A stretch of 64,000 nucleotides of DNA, taken from an uncultured Gemmatimonadales bacterium (GTDB taxonomy: Bacteria > Gemmatimonadota > Gemmatimonadetes > Gemmatimonadales > GWC2-71-9). A program made the translations under genes and the position numbers. Numbering within the stretch: position 1 is the stretch's first letter; each line of letters opens with the position of its first letter. The notes below the pieces were generated by a model. That model was not told where the DNA came from. It made no database searches and saw only the letters and a list, made by a program, of their open reading frames with translations. Of the stretch, positions 28,352 to 38,696 are shown in pieces. The stretch is from contig CAVZZO010000001.1 in the NCBI GenBank assembly GCA_963779755.1, forward strand, positions 1,056,001 to 1,120,000, in the 5' to 3' direction.

Positions 28352-28779
28352 AGTACCGCATGGCGGCGGCCCTCCTGAGCCTGGCCGGGGTGCTGGTGTC
28401 CGCCTATCTCTATCTGTTCAAGCTCGGCTTCATCGGCACGCTGGCCTGCGGCTCCGGCGACTGTGAGCGGGTCCAGTTCAGCCGCTGGAGCCATATCGCC
28501 GGCATCGAGGTGTCCCTGCTGGGGCTCCTGGGGTACGGGGCCATCATGGCGGTGAGCCTGGTCTCGCTGCAGCCCCGCTGGGCCGAGGCGCGCTGGCCGG
28601 TGCGCGCCCTGGTGCTGCTCGCGGGCGGCGGCGTCGCCCTCTCGGCCTGGCTCACCGGTGTGGAGCTGTTCATCCTGCACGCCATCTGCCGCTGGTGCGT
28701 CGGGTCGGCCACGATCATCACCCTGACCTTCATCGCCGCCCTGCTGGCCTGGCGCACGGCGCCCCCGGCGACGGCGTGA
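28348..28779 (+). CDS. Vitamin K epoxide reductase (VKOR) family protein
   Basis: CGSGDC loop cysteines, S..S, CRWC, four TM segments. Confidence 0.92.
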   Translation: MKYRMAAALLSLAGVLVSAYLYLFKLGFIGTLACGSGDCERVQFSRWSHIAGIEVSLLGLLGYGAIMAVSLVSLQPRWAEARWPVRALVLLAGGGVALSAWLTGVELFILHAICRWCVGSATIITLTFIAALLAWRTAPPATA

Positions 28780-30725
28780 CCGAAGCCTCGGGCGCCCGGG
28801 AGCCCCGGGTTTCCACCCCGCATGCTGCCCCCGTCCCGGAAGGCCGGGCCCTGATCGGGCTGTCGTTCGCGGCCCTGGGTGTGGTGTACGGCGATATCGG
28901 CACCAGCCCCCTGTACGCCATCAAGGAGTGTTTCTCCGGCGTGCACGGCCTGCCGCCGACCGAAGAGAACGTCCTGGGCGTGCTCTCGCTCATCTTCTGG
29001 TCGCTCAATTTCGTCATTTCGTTCAAGTATCTCGGCCTCATGATGATGGCCGACAACCGGGGCGAGGGCGGCATTCTCGCCCTGCTCGCCCTGATGCGCC
29101 CCCGCAGCGCGGCCCGGGCGGGGCGCTGGGTGCTGATCGCGGCGGGGCTGTTCGGTACGGCGCTGCTCTACGGCGACGGCGTGATCACGCCCGCGATCTC
29201 GGTGCTGGGCGCCATGGAAGGCCTGGCCGTGGCGGCGCCAGCCTTCAGCCACTGGGTCGTGTGGATCACCGTGATCATCCTGGTGGTGCTGTTTCTGCTG
29301 CAGAAGCGCGGCACCGCGGGCGTGGGGAATCTGTTCGGCCCCATCACCATGCTCTGGTTCTTCTGCATCGCCACGCTGGGGCTGGCCGGCATCCTGCGCG
29401 AGCCCGGCGTGCTGCGGGCCATCCTGCCCTGGTACGCCATCAAGTTCTTCATCGATGACGGCCTGCGCGGCTTTCTCATTCTGGGTGCGGTCGTGCTGGT
29501 GGTGACGGGCGGCGAAGCCCTCTACGCCGACATGGGGCATTTCGGCAAGAAGCCGATCCGGCTGGCCTGGTTCGTCCTGGTGCTGCCGGCGCTGCTGCTC
29601 AACTACTTCGGCCAGGGCGCCCTGCTGCTGGACAACCCCGAGGCGGCGTACAACCCGTTCTATTCCCTGGTGCCCTCCTGGGCGCTGTACCCCATGATCG
29701 TGGTGTCCACCATGGCGGCGGTGGTCGCCTCGCAGGCGCTCATCTCCGGCGCCTTCTCGCTGACCCGCCAGGCCATGCAGCTGGGGTATTCCCCCCGGAT
29801 GACCATCATCCATACCTCGCATACCAAGGAAGGGCAGATCTACATCCCGGAGGTGAACTGGGGGCTGATGGCGGCCTGCGTGGGCCTGGTGCTCGGGTTC
29901 CGCTCGTCCACCAACCTGGCGGCGAGCTACGGCGTGGCCGTAACCGGCACCATGACGATCACCACCATTCTCTTTGCCTTCGTGGCGCGGGCCCGCTGGC
30001 ACTGGTCGCGCGGCCGGGTGGCGGCCATTACCGGGCTGCTGCTGGTCGTGGATCTCGCCTTCTTCAGCGCCAACCTGGTAAAGATCCCCGACGGCGGCTG
30101 GTTCCCCCTCGCCGTGGCCGCCCTGGTGTACACCCTCATGACCACCTGGAAGCGGGGCCGGTATTTCCTCTCCCGCATCATGCGCGACAACAGCCTGCCG
30201 CTGGACCTGTTCATTCCCGATATCGCCCGGCGCCAGCCGCCGCGGGTGCCCGGGGTGGCCGTCTTCATGACCTCCGATGCCAGCGGTGCCCCGCCGGTGC
30301 TGCTGCATCACCTCAAGCACAACAAGGTGCTGCACGAGAAGGTGGTGCTGATGTCGCTGGTGAGCGAGGAGATCCCGCAGGTGGACGAGGCCGACCGGGT
30401 GGAGTTCAACCCGCTGGGCGAGGGGTTCTACCAGGTGGTGGCGCGCTACGGCTTCATGGAGACGCCCGACGTGCCCTCGGTGCTGCTCTCACTCCGGCGC
30501 CCCAAGCCCGAGGCGCCGGAGGAGACCGAGCCGGTGGTGGCCCGGCTCATGGATACCACGTTCTATCTGGGGCGGGAAACGCTGCTGCCGACCGGGACGT
30601 CGCGCATGGCGCGCTGGCGCAAGCGCCTGTTCATCGTGATGCAGCGGAACGCCCAGAGCGCCACCGCCTTCTTCGGCCTGCCGCCCAACCGGGTGGTCGA
30701 GATGGGGGCGCAGATCCAGTTGTAG
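28776..30725 (+). CDS. kup: KUP/HAK/KT potassium transporter
   Basis: GVVYGDIGTSPLY, ADNRGEGG, GGEALYADMGHFG, GQIYIP; GTG overlapping the VKOR stop. Confidence 0.96.
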   Translation: MTEASGAREPRVSTPHAAPVPEGRALIGLSFAALGVVYGDIGTSPLYAIKECFSGVHGLPPTEENVLGVLSLIFWSLNFVISFKYLGLMMMADNRGEGGILALLALMRPRSAARAGRWVLIAAGLFGTALLYGDGVITPAISVLGAMEGLAVAAPAFSHWVVWITVIILVVLFLLQKRGTAGVGNLFGPITMLWFFCIATLGLAGILREPGVLRAILPWYAIKFFIDDGLRGFLILGAVVLVVTGGEALYADMGHFGKKPIRLAWFVLVLPALLLNYFGQGALLLDNPEAAYNPFYSLVPSWALYPMIVVSTMAAVVASQALISGAFSLTRQAMQLGYSPRMTIIHTSHTKEGQIYIPEVNWGLMAACVGLVLGFRSSTNLAASYGVAVTGTMTITTILFAFVARARWHWSRGRVAAITGLLLVVDLAFFSANLVKIPDGGWFPLAVAALVYTLMTTWKRGRYFLSRIMRDNSLPLDLFIPDIARRQPPRVPGVAVFMTSDASGAPPVLLHHLKHNKVLHEKVVLMSLVSEEIPQVDEADRVEFNPLGEGFYQVVARYGFMETPDVPSVLLSLRRPKPEAPEETEPVVARLMDTTFYLGRETLLPTGTSRMARWRKRLFIVMQRNAQSATAFFGLPPNRVVEMGAQIQL

Positions 30726-30777
30726 GGACGCGGCGCAGGGGCGAGGCATGCCTCGCTCCTGCGCCGCCCCGCCCGTC

Positions 30778-32727
<1,950 letters not shown>

Positions 32728-33059
32728 GGATGGCTTGGGGGGTGAGGGCCGGGAAGAGGGCGGGCGGCAGCCCCGCCACAGGATCGATGAACCTTATCCC
32801 GGAAGGGCGGGAGAGGGAACCGGCGGGTTCGTTGCGGTCGAAGGCCGCAGGTCAAACTCCGGGCAATTCCGGGAAGGACTGAGGATTGAAGACTGAGGCG
32901 GACCCGCAGCGAAATCGTGTAAACGGTAGAGATCACAATGGCGGTGATAGGGGCCGCGACCTAGCGACTAGCGACTCAATGCCGCGGAGCGCGGTGCAGG
33001 AGCTGGCAACCCACCCCCTTGCGCCTGCTGAAGTCGTTGCATCACATGTGGTTGCGCGT

Positions 33060-33076
33060 TTGGCACCAGTCTCGCA
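33060..33076 (+). promoter_or_regulatory. Sigma54 -24/-12 promoter
   Basis: TTGGCACCAGTCTCGCA: GG 33062-63, N10, GC 33074-75. Confidence 0.6.
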
Positions 33077-33117
33077 ATAGTGAGATGTCGAGGCCGGAAA
33101 AGCCGGCCGACAACTGA

Positions 33118-33218
33118 TCCGCCCGATAAGAGCACACCCGGAGCGATCCGGGGCCGCAAAACTAGAGGTCTCCTCCGGCCCGATGGCCGGCGCGAGATAG
33201 CTCGGTGCCGAAGGTGGA
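33118..33218 (+). ncRNA. GEMM-I cyclic dinucleotide riboswitch, A20 variant (3',3'-cGAMP type)
   Basis: P1 UCCGCC/GGUGGA; CGAUAAGAGCACACCCGGA-GCGA-UCCGGGGCCGCAAAA; P3 GAG GUCUC...GAGAU AG CUC; UGCCGAA; register matches the Vc2 aptamer. Confidence 0.85.
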
Positions 33219-33228
33219 CGCTACACGC

Positions 33229-33283
33229 GGGAGCGTGATGCGGTCGCTGGAGGACACGCGGCGAACATCACGCTCCTTTTGTA
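33229..33283 (+). terminator. Riboswitch expression-platform hairpin/terminator
   Basis: GGGAGCGTGATG...CATCACGCTCCT stem with inner TCGCTG/CGGCGA, ending in a short T run (TTTTGTA). Confidence 0.65.
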
Positions 33284-33305
33284 CCCGGGCGGTAGGAGGC
33301 AGGCA

Positions 33306-33614
33306 ATGTCCCTACAATCGAGGACGACCATGCTGACCGCGCCGGAGCATCTGGGCCTGGACTCACGTAATGAATTCCGCCGCTCGGCGGTGCAGCTGCT
33401 GGATCAGCTCCCCGAAGGCCAGGGTCGGCTGGTCATCGATCTCAGCGCCACCCGCCGGGTCGACTCCGCCGGCCTGGGCGCGCTGATGCTGGTGCAGCGC
33501 CGGGCCGCCGAGCGCCGGCAACTGGTGGTGCTGCGCAATGCCAGCGACGAGCTGCGTTACCTGCTGGTGCTGACCAAGCTGGACGACTTGTTCGAACTGG
33601 AGTCGGCCATCTAG
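33306..33614 (+). CDS. STAS domain (anti-sigma factor antagonist) protein
   Basis: LVIDLSATRRVDSAGLGALM with the conserved Ser; AGGAGG SD. Confidence 0.9.
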   Translation: MSLQSRTTMLTAPEHLGLDSRNEFRRSAVQLLDQLPEGQGRLVIDLSATRRVDSAGLGALMLVQRRAAERRQLVVLRNASDELRYLLVLTKLDDLFELESAI

Positions 33615-33629
33615 CAGGCGGGGCTGCGG

Positions 33630-33700
33630 GAAAGGACCGAGAGAAAAGGACCGAGAGAACAGCCGCGTTTCTCTCAGTCCTTTTCTCTTTTCTCCCTATT
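33630..33700. repeat. Purine-rich/pyrimidine-rich inverted repeat
   Basis: (aaggaccgagaga)x2 followed by tctctcagtccttttctc. Confidence 0.7.
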
Positions 33701-33745
33701 ATCTTCCCCCCCGTCACACCCCGACTCCTCCAGCCCCTGACCCTG

Positions 33746-34492
33746 GTGCCAGGAAGCCCCTCCGACATCCCGGTTTCCCTCGCCGATGACGCCCCGCTGC
33801 TCGCGATCCGGGGGGTGACCCGCTGGTTTGGGCCCACCCCGGTCCTGCGCGGGGTGGATCTGGATCTGCGGCCCGGTCAGCTGATCGTCGTGATGGGAGA
33901 GAACGGGTCGGGCAAGAGCACCCTGCTGCGGGTGGTGGCCGGCCTGATGAAGCCCTCGGCCGGGACGGTACTGGCGGCGGGGCGTCCGGTGCATGCCGGC
34001 GATCCCTCCACCCGCGCCCCGCTGGGGCTCATCGCCCACCAATCGCTCATGTACGACGACCTGAGCGTGCGGGAGAATCTGACCTTTGCCGCGGCCCTGT
34101 ATGGTCTCCCCCATCCCGCCGCCGCGGTGCGGCAGGCGCTGGAGGCGGTGGACCTGGTCGAGCGGGGCGACTGGCGGATCAGCCGTCTCAGCCGGGGCAT
34201 GCTGCAGCGGGCGTCCCTCGCCCGGGCTTTTCTTCACCAGCCGCGCATCCTCCTGCTGGACGAGCCGTTCACCGCGCTCGATGCTCCCAGCGCCGACCGG
34301 GTCCGGGCCTGGCTCATGGCGCAGCTGCAAGGCGGCTGCGGGGCGATCCTGGTGACGCATCAACTGGTGGAGGTCTGGGACCTGGTCACCGATGTCGCGG
34401 TCCTGGTGCAGGGGCGCTGGGGGATTCTGGGCCCGCGGCCGGCGGACCTGGGCGAGTTCCTGCTGCAGTACCAGGAGGCGATCAGTGGGTAA
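33746..34492 (+). CDS. ccmA: Heme export ABC ATPase CcmA
   Basis: GENGSGKST, LSRGMLQR, LLDEPFTALD; upstream of ccmBC. Confidence 0.88.
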   Translation: MPGSPSDIPVSLADDAPLLAIRGVTRWFGPTPVLRGVDLDLRPGQLIVVMGENGSGKSTLLRVVAGLMKPSAGTVLAAGRPVHAGDPSTRAPLGLIAHQSLMYDDLSVRENLTFAAALYGLPHPAAAVRQALEAVDLVERGDWRISRLSRGMLQRASLARAFLHQPRILLLDEPFTALDAPSADRVRAWLMAQLQGGCGAILVTHQLVEVWDLVTDVAVLVQGRWGILGPRPADLGEFLLQYQEAISG

Positions 34493-35165
34493 CGGACTGC
34501 GGGTGGTCTTCGCCCTGGCCGCCAAGGACCTGCGGCTCGAGTTCCGCACCAAGACGGCGCTGCTCTCGGCCACGATGTTCGCCGCCCTGGTGCTGGTGAT
34601 CTTCAACTTCGCGCGCGACCCGACCGTGGTCTCCAACGTGGAGCTGGCGCCCAGCGTGCTCTGGGTCACCTTCGCCTTCGCCGCGGTGATCACCCTGAAC
34701 CGCGCCTTCAATGTGGAGCGGGAGAACGGCGCGTTCGACGGCCTCCGGCTGGCTCCGGTGCCGCGGGGCGCGATCTACCTGGGCAAGCTGCTGGCGAACC
34801 TGATTTTCGTGGGGCTGGTGGAGGCCATCGCGCTGCCGCTCTTCGTGGTGTTCTTCAACGTGGACCTGGGCGGCGCCGTCTTCGGGATCATCGGGGTGAC
34901 GGCGCTGGCCACCATCGGGTTCGTGAGCGTGGGGACGGTGTTCAGCGCCATGGTGGTGCGCACCCGCTTCGCCGAGCTCATGCTGCCGGTGCTGCTGCTG
35001 CCGTTCATGGTGCCGCCCATCGTGGCCGCCGCCCAGGCCACGACCCGCCTGCTGGGGGGCCGTCCGTTGAGCGAGCTTCTGGGATGGCTTAGGTTACTCG
35101 CCTTGTATGATATCGTGTTCGTGGTTCTCTGCACTCTGACATTCAGCGCGGTGGTGGACGAATGA
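34485..35165 (+). CDS. ccmB: Heme exporter CcmB
   Basis: KDLRLEFR, LWV, ERENGAFDGLRLAP, LGKLLAN, LMLPVLLLPF. Confidence 0.92.
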   Translation: MGNGLRVVFALAAKDLRLEFRTKTALLSATMFAALVLVIFNFARDPTVVSNVELAPSVLWVTFAFAAVITLNRAFNVERENGAFDGLRLAPVPRGAIYLGKLLANLIFVGLVEAIALPLFVVFFNVDLGGAVFGIIGVTALATIGFVSVGTVFSAMVVRTRFAELMLPVLLLPFMVPPIVAAAQATTRLLGGRPLSELLGWLRLLALYDIVFVVLCTLTFSAVVDE

Positions 35166-35863
35166 CCCCGTCCATTGACCGGGCCCGGCGCACTATCCGT
35201 CGCGGACAGGTGATCACCGCCGTCGCCCTGCTTCTCATCGTGGTGGTCTATGTGCTGGCCCTGCAGTACACGCCGGTCGAAGCCCGGCAGGGGCTGGCGC
35301 AGAAGATCTTCTATCTCCATGCTCCGGCGGCGTGGAGCGCCCTGCTGGCCTTTTCCCTGGTGGGGATCGCCAGTGCTCTGTACCTGTGGCTGCAGGATCC
35401 CCGGCTCGATCTCTTCGCCGCGTCCTCGGCCGAGGTGGGGGTGGCCTTCAGCTCCGTGATGCTCACGACCGGCCCCATCTGGGGCAAGCCGATCTGGGGT
35501 ACCTGGTGGACCTGGGACGCCCGGCTCACCCTCACCCTGTTTCTGTTCTTCCTGTTCGTCGGCTATCTGGTGCTGCGGGGCGCGCTGAGCGACCGGTCGG
35601 AGCGGGCCCGTTTCAGCGCGGTGGTTGGCATTCTGGGGCTGCTGCTGGTGCCCTTCATCCATCTCACGGTCTACCTGTTCCGTACCCTGCACCCCACTCC
35701 CATCCTGATGAAGCCCAGCGCCCCGTCGCTGCCCGGCGCCATGCTCCGGACGCTGCTCATCTCTTTCGGGGTCTGTACCCTGCTCTACATCGGGTTCGTC
35801 ACGGTGCGCTACGGCCTGGCCCTGCTCAACGCCGCGCGCGAGGAGGCCGCCCATGCCGCCTAG
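35162..35863 (+). CDS. ccmC: Cytochrome c biogenesis protein CcmC
   Basis: IFYLHAP; WWD motif GPIWGKPIWGTWWTWDARLT; RTLHP. Confidence 0.93.
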   Translation: MTPSIDRARRTIRRGQVITAVALLLIVVVYVLALQYTPVEARQGLAQKIFYLHAPAAWSALLAFSLVGIASALYLWLQDPRLDLFAASSAEVGVAFSSVMLTTGPIWGKPIWGTWWTWDARLTLTLFLFFLFVGYLVLRGALSDRSERARFSAVVGILGLLLVPFIHLTVYLFRTLHPTPILMKPSAPSLPGAMLRTLLISFGVCTLLYIGFVTVRYGLALLNAAREEAAHAA

Positions 35864-35984
35864 CGCCACGCCGCAGAACGGCGGCTACATGGTCGCGGCG
35901 TATATCATCACCGCCGTGATCTATACCGTCTATACGATTTCGCTGTGGGTCCGGGCGCGGAACGCGCTGCGAGACAAGGACTGA
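35853..35984 (+). CDS. ccmD: Heme exporter protein CcmD (43 aa)
   Basis: MPPSATPQNGGYMVAAYIITAVIYTVYTISLWVRARNALRDKD; GAGGAGG SD; overlaps the ccmC stop; one TM plus basic tail. Confidence 0.8.
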   Translation: MPPSATPQNGGYMVAAYIITAVIYTVYTISLWVRARNALRDKD

Positions 35985-35995
35985 GGAGCTGCGAT

Positions 35996-36076
35996 TGTCA
36001 CCCTGAGCGCAGCAAAGGGGCCGAAGCCCTCCCCGGGTTTCGGCCCCTTCGGTCGCGGCGCTCCCTCAGGGTGACA
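35996..36076. repeat. REP/MITE-like palindromic element
   Basis: Terminal inverted repeat TGTCACCCTGAG...CTCAGGGTGACA with inner AAGGGGGCCGAAGCC/GGTTTCGGCCCCTT stem. Confidence 0.8.
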
Positions 36077-36090
36077 GGTCGCTTGGCGTC

Positions 36091-36146
36091 CTCAGTCCTT
36101 TAGTCCTTCAGTTCTCAGCCCTCAGCCCTCAGCCCTCAGCCCTCAG
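36091..36146. repeat. Heptamer array (CTCAGCC)n
   Basis: Three degenerate units then (ctcagcc)x4 and ctcag. Confidence 0.85.
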
Positions 36147-36832
36147 GCCACAGTCCCTTCAACTTTTCTCCCCAGAAGCCAGGTCCACACCGCCCCCGCC
36201 ACCAGGGCCCCGATGATCGGGCCGGCCCAGTAGACGATCTGTCCGGTCCAGGTGCCGGAGACGAGCGCGGGGCCGAAGGCGCGCGCCGGGTTCAGCGCCG
36301 CGCCGGTGAGCGGGCCGCCCACCAGGATGCCGAAGAAGAGCGTGAGGCCCACGGCAAAGCCGCCCACGTTGGCCGGACGCGGCGTGTTGATCGACCCGTA
36401 GTAGGCGGACACCAGGAAGAAGCTGAAGACCGCCTCCACGAAGATGGCCTGGCCCAGCGTCACGGTGCCCGCAATGAGCGGCGTGCCCAGGGCGGCGGCG
36501 CGGGTGACGTGCTCGGGCATGCTCCACTTGAGCAGCAGCGCCCCCACCACGGCGCCCGCGACCTGGGCCACGATGTAGACCACGCCGCTCGTGAGATCGA
36601 GGCGGCGGGTCGTCATCATGCTCAGGGAGACGGCCGGATTGAGATGCCCGCCTGAGATGTCCATCATCAGGGTGACCATCACGCCCAGGACCATTGCCTG
36701 CGCCAGCGCGATGCCCAGGGTGCCGTAGCCGGCGCTGGCCATGTTGCTCACTACGGCGGCGCCGGCGCCGACGTACACGATCGCGAGAGTGCCCAGCAGT
36801 TCCGCCACTGCACGACGAGACAGGGAAGACAT
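36143..36832 (-). CDS. MIP family aquaporin
   Basis: SGGHLNPAVS and ALNPARAFGP motifs; six TM segments. Confidence 0.93.
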   Translation of the reverse strand: MSSLSRRAVAELLGTLAIVYVGAGAAVVSNMASAGYGTLGIALAQAMVLGVMVTLMMDISGGHLNPAVSLSMMTTRRLDLTSGVVYIVAQVAGAVVGALLLKWSMPEHVTRAAALGTPLIAGTVTLGQAIFVEAVFSFFLVSAYYGSINTPRPANVGGFAVGLTLFFGILVGGPLTGAALNPARAFGPALVSGTWTGQIVYWAGPIIGALVAGAVWTWLLGRKVEGTVA

Positions 36833-36927
36833 CGATTCCTCGGGTTGGAAGACAGTGGCGGGGAATTAAAAGGGGAGGGGGGGAGAGATGGTAGGGGCGC
36901 AGGGGGGACGCATGCTTCCCCCCTCGC

Positions 36928-38193
36928 TCACCGCCCGTCCGCCCGCCGCAGCACCAGCGCCGCGTTGATGCCCCCGAATCCGAACGAATTGGTGAGGAGA
37001 TACTCCGGGTCGGACTCCCGGCCGTCCTCCCGGAGGTAATCCAGGTCGCAGGTGGGGTCTGGCTGGTGCAGGTTGACTGTCGGAGGGAGCCAGCGACGGT
37101 GGCTGGCCAGGGCGCAGATCGCCGTCTCGAAAGCCCCGCTGGCGCCCAGCGCATGGCCGTAGTACCCCTTGGTGCCGCTCAGCGGCACCCGGTAGGCCCG
37201 CTCGCCCAGCACCTGCTTGATGGCCAGGGTCTCGGTGGGATCGTTGAGCGGTGTGGACGAGCCGTGCGCGTTGACGTACTCGACCTCCTCCGGCCTGACC
37301 CGGGCTTCGCGCAGCGCCAGCCCCATGGCGCGGGCCGCCTGGCTGCCGTCGGGTCGCGGGGCGGTCATGTGGTGGGCGTCGTTGGTCAGGCCGAAGCCGC
37401 AGAGCTCGGCGTAGATCTGTGCTCCCCGCGCCAGCGCGCGTTCGCGCTCTTCCAGCACCAGCACCGTGGCGCCCTCTGCCATGACAAAGCCGTCCCGGCC
37501 GGAATCGAACGGGCGGCTGGCGGTGGCCGGGTCATCGTTGCGGGTAGACATGGCGCGAATGATGGCGAAGGCGCCGAAGGTCAGGGGCGCCAGCGGCGCC
37601 TCGGCGCCGCCCGCCAGCATCATGGTCGCCTCCCCGCGGCGGATGGCGCGGAACGCGTCGCCGATGGCGATGGTGCCCGAGGCGCAGGACATGCCGTTGG
37701 TGCTGTTGGGGCCGGTGATGCCGAACTGGATGGCGATGTTGCAGCTGGACGCCCCGGCGAAGACCGACAACGCCAGCCCCGGGTCGACCGCGCGCACCCC
37801 GCCTTCGATATACCGGGCATGCTGCCCCTCGGCCTGGGCCACACCGCCCAGCGCGGTGCCCATCATGGCGCCTACCTGATCCCGGTCTTCCCGGGCCAGG
37901 TCCACCCCCGCATCCTCCAGGGCCAGCCGGGTCGCGGCGATGCTGAACTGGGAAAACCGGTCCAGCCGCTTCACCCGCCGCTCCTCGATGAAGTCCGTGG
38001 CGAAAAACCCGTCCACTTCGGCCCCGTTGCGGCTGCGGAACGGGCTGGGATCGAACCGCGTCACCGTCCGGATGGCGGACCGGCGCGAGCGCAGCCCGCT
38101 CCAGAACGCCTCCACCCCGATGCCGATCGGGGTGATGATGCCCAGGCCGGTGATGACAACGCGGCGTGTCCCATTGGTGTTTGGATAGCTCAT
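36928..38193 (-). CDS. Beta-ketoacyl-ACP synthase II / KS-alpha-like ketosynthase
   Basis: RRVVITGLG, catalytic Cys MSCASG, His NAHGSST, His KGYYGHALG, NSFGFGG. Confidence 0.92.
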   Translation of the reverse strand: MSYPNTNGTRRVVITGLGIITPIGIGVEAFWSGLRSRRSAIRTVTRFDPSPFRSRNGAEVDGFFATDFIEERRVKRLDRFSQFSIAATRLALEDAGVDLAREDRDQVGAMMGTALGGVAQAEGQHARYIEGGVRAVDPGLALSVFAGASSCNIAIQFGITGPNSTNGMSCASGTIAIGDAFRAIRRGEATMMLAGGAEAPLAPLTFGAFAIIRAMSTRNDDPATASRPFDSGRDGFVMAEGATVLVLEERERALARGAQIYAELCGFGLTNDAHHMTAPRPDGSQAARAMGLALREARVRPEEVEYVNAHGSSTPLNDPTETLAIKQVLGERAYRVPLSGTKGYYGHALGASGAFETAICALASHRRWLPPTVNLHQPDPTCDLDYLREDGRESDPEYLLTNSFGFGGINAALVLRRADGR

Positions 38194-38231
38194 AAGCCCT
38201 TTCCAGGCGGTCAGGCGGTCAGGCGCACGCC

Positions 38232-38696
38232 TCACGCCTTACGTCCCGCTTCTACGTATCCCGCGATCCCCGCCAGCGTCAGTGACGCAATACCGTGGAT
38301 GAACACGGGACCGATCACCCACCGCGCGGCCAGGGGGCCGATGGCCGGCCACGCCGGCCCGGTCCATTGGTGGACGATGGTGACATCGCTTCCGCCGTTG
38401 CCGGGATCGATCTCCCAGCAGACGTCCATGCCGCGGGTGATGCCTTCGATATGGCGGTAACGAATCCGGCGCGCTGCCGGATCTTGCCACATCTCCGACA
38501 CCCACCAGGTGGGATAGCGCACCGGTCCGAAGGGGCGCCAGGCCGCCATCTCGACAATGACGGCGTCGCCCCGCCGTTCCCGCACCCGGACCCGGCGGTA
38601 GTGCGCCAGCAGCTCGGGCCAGCGCTCCACGTCGGCCGCGGCGCGATACACCGCGTCGGGCGCCGCCGCCATGCGCCGCCGGTCGACGGTACGCAT
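38232..38696 (-). CDS. SRPBCC/polyketide cyclase-dehydrase family protein
   Basis: AAPDAVYRAAADVERWPELLAHY...W.SEM...IEGITRGMDVCW. Confidence 0.85.
   Translation of the reverse strand: MRTVDRRRMAAAPDAVYRAAADVERWPELLAHYRRVRVRERRGDAVIVEMAAWRPFGPVRYPTWWVSEMWQDPAARRIRYRHIEGITRGMDVCWEIDPGNGGSDVTIVHQWTGPAWPAIGPLAARWVIGPVFIHGIASLTLAGIAGYVEAGRKA

Noticed and set aside
36928..38696. Canonical type II aromatic PKS
   Set aside because: No chain-length factor or ACP in the cluster; kept only as an atypical cluster
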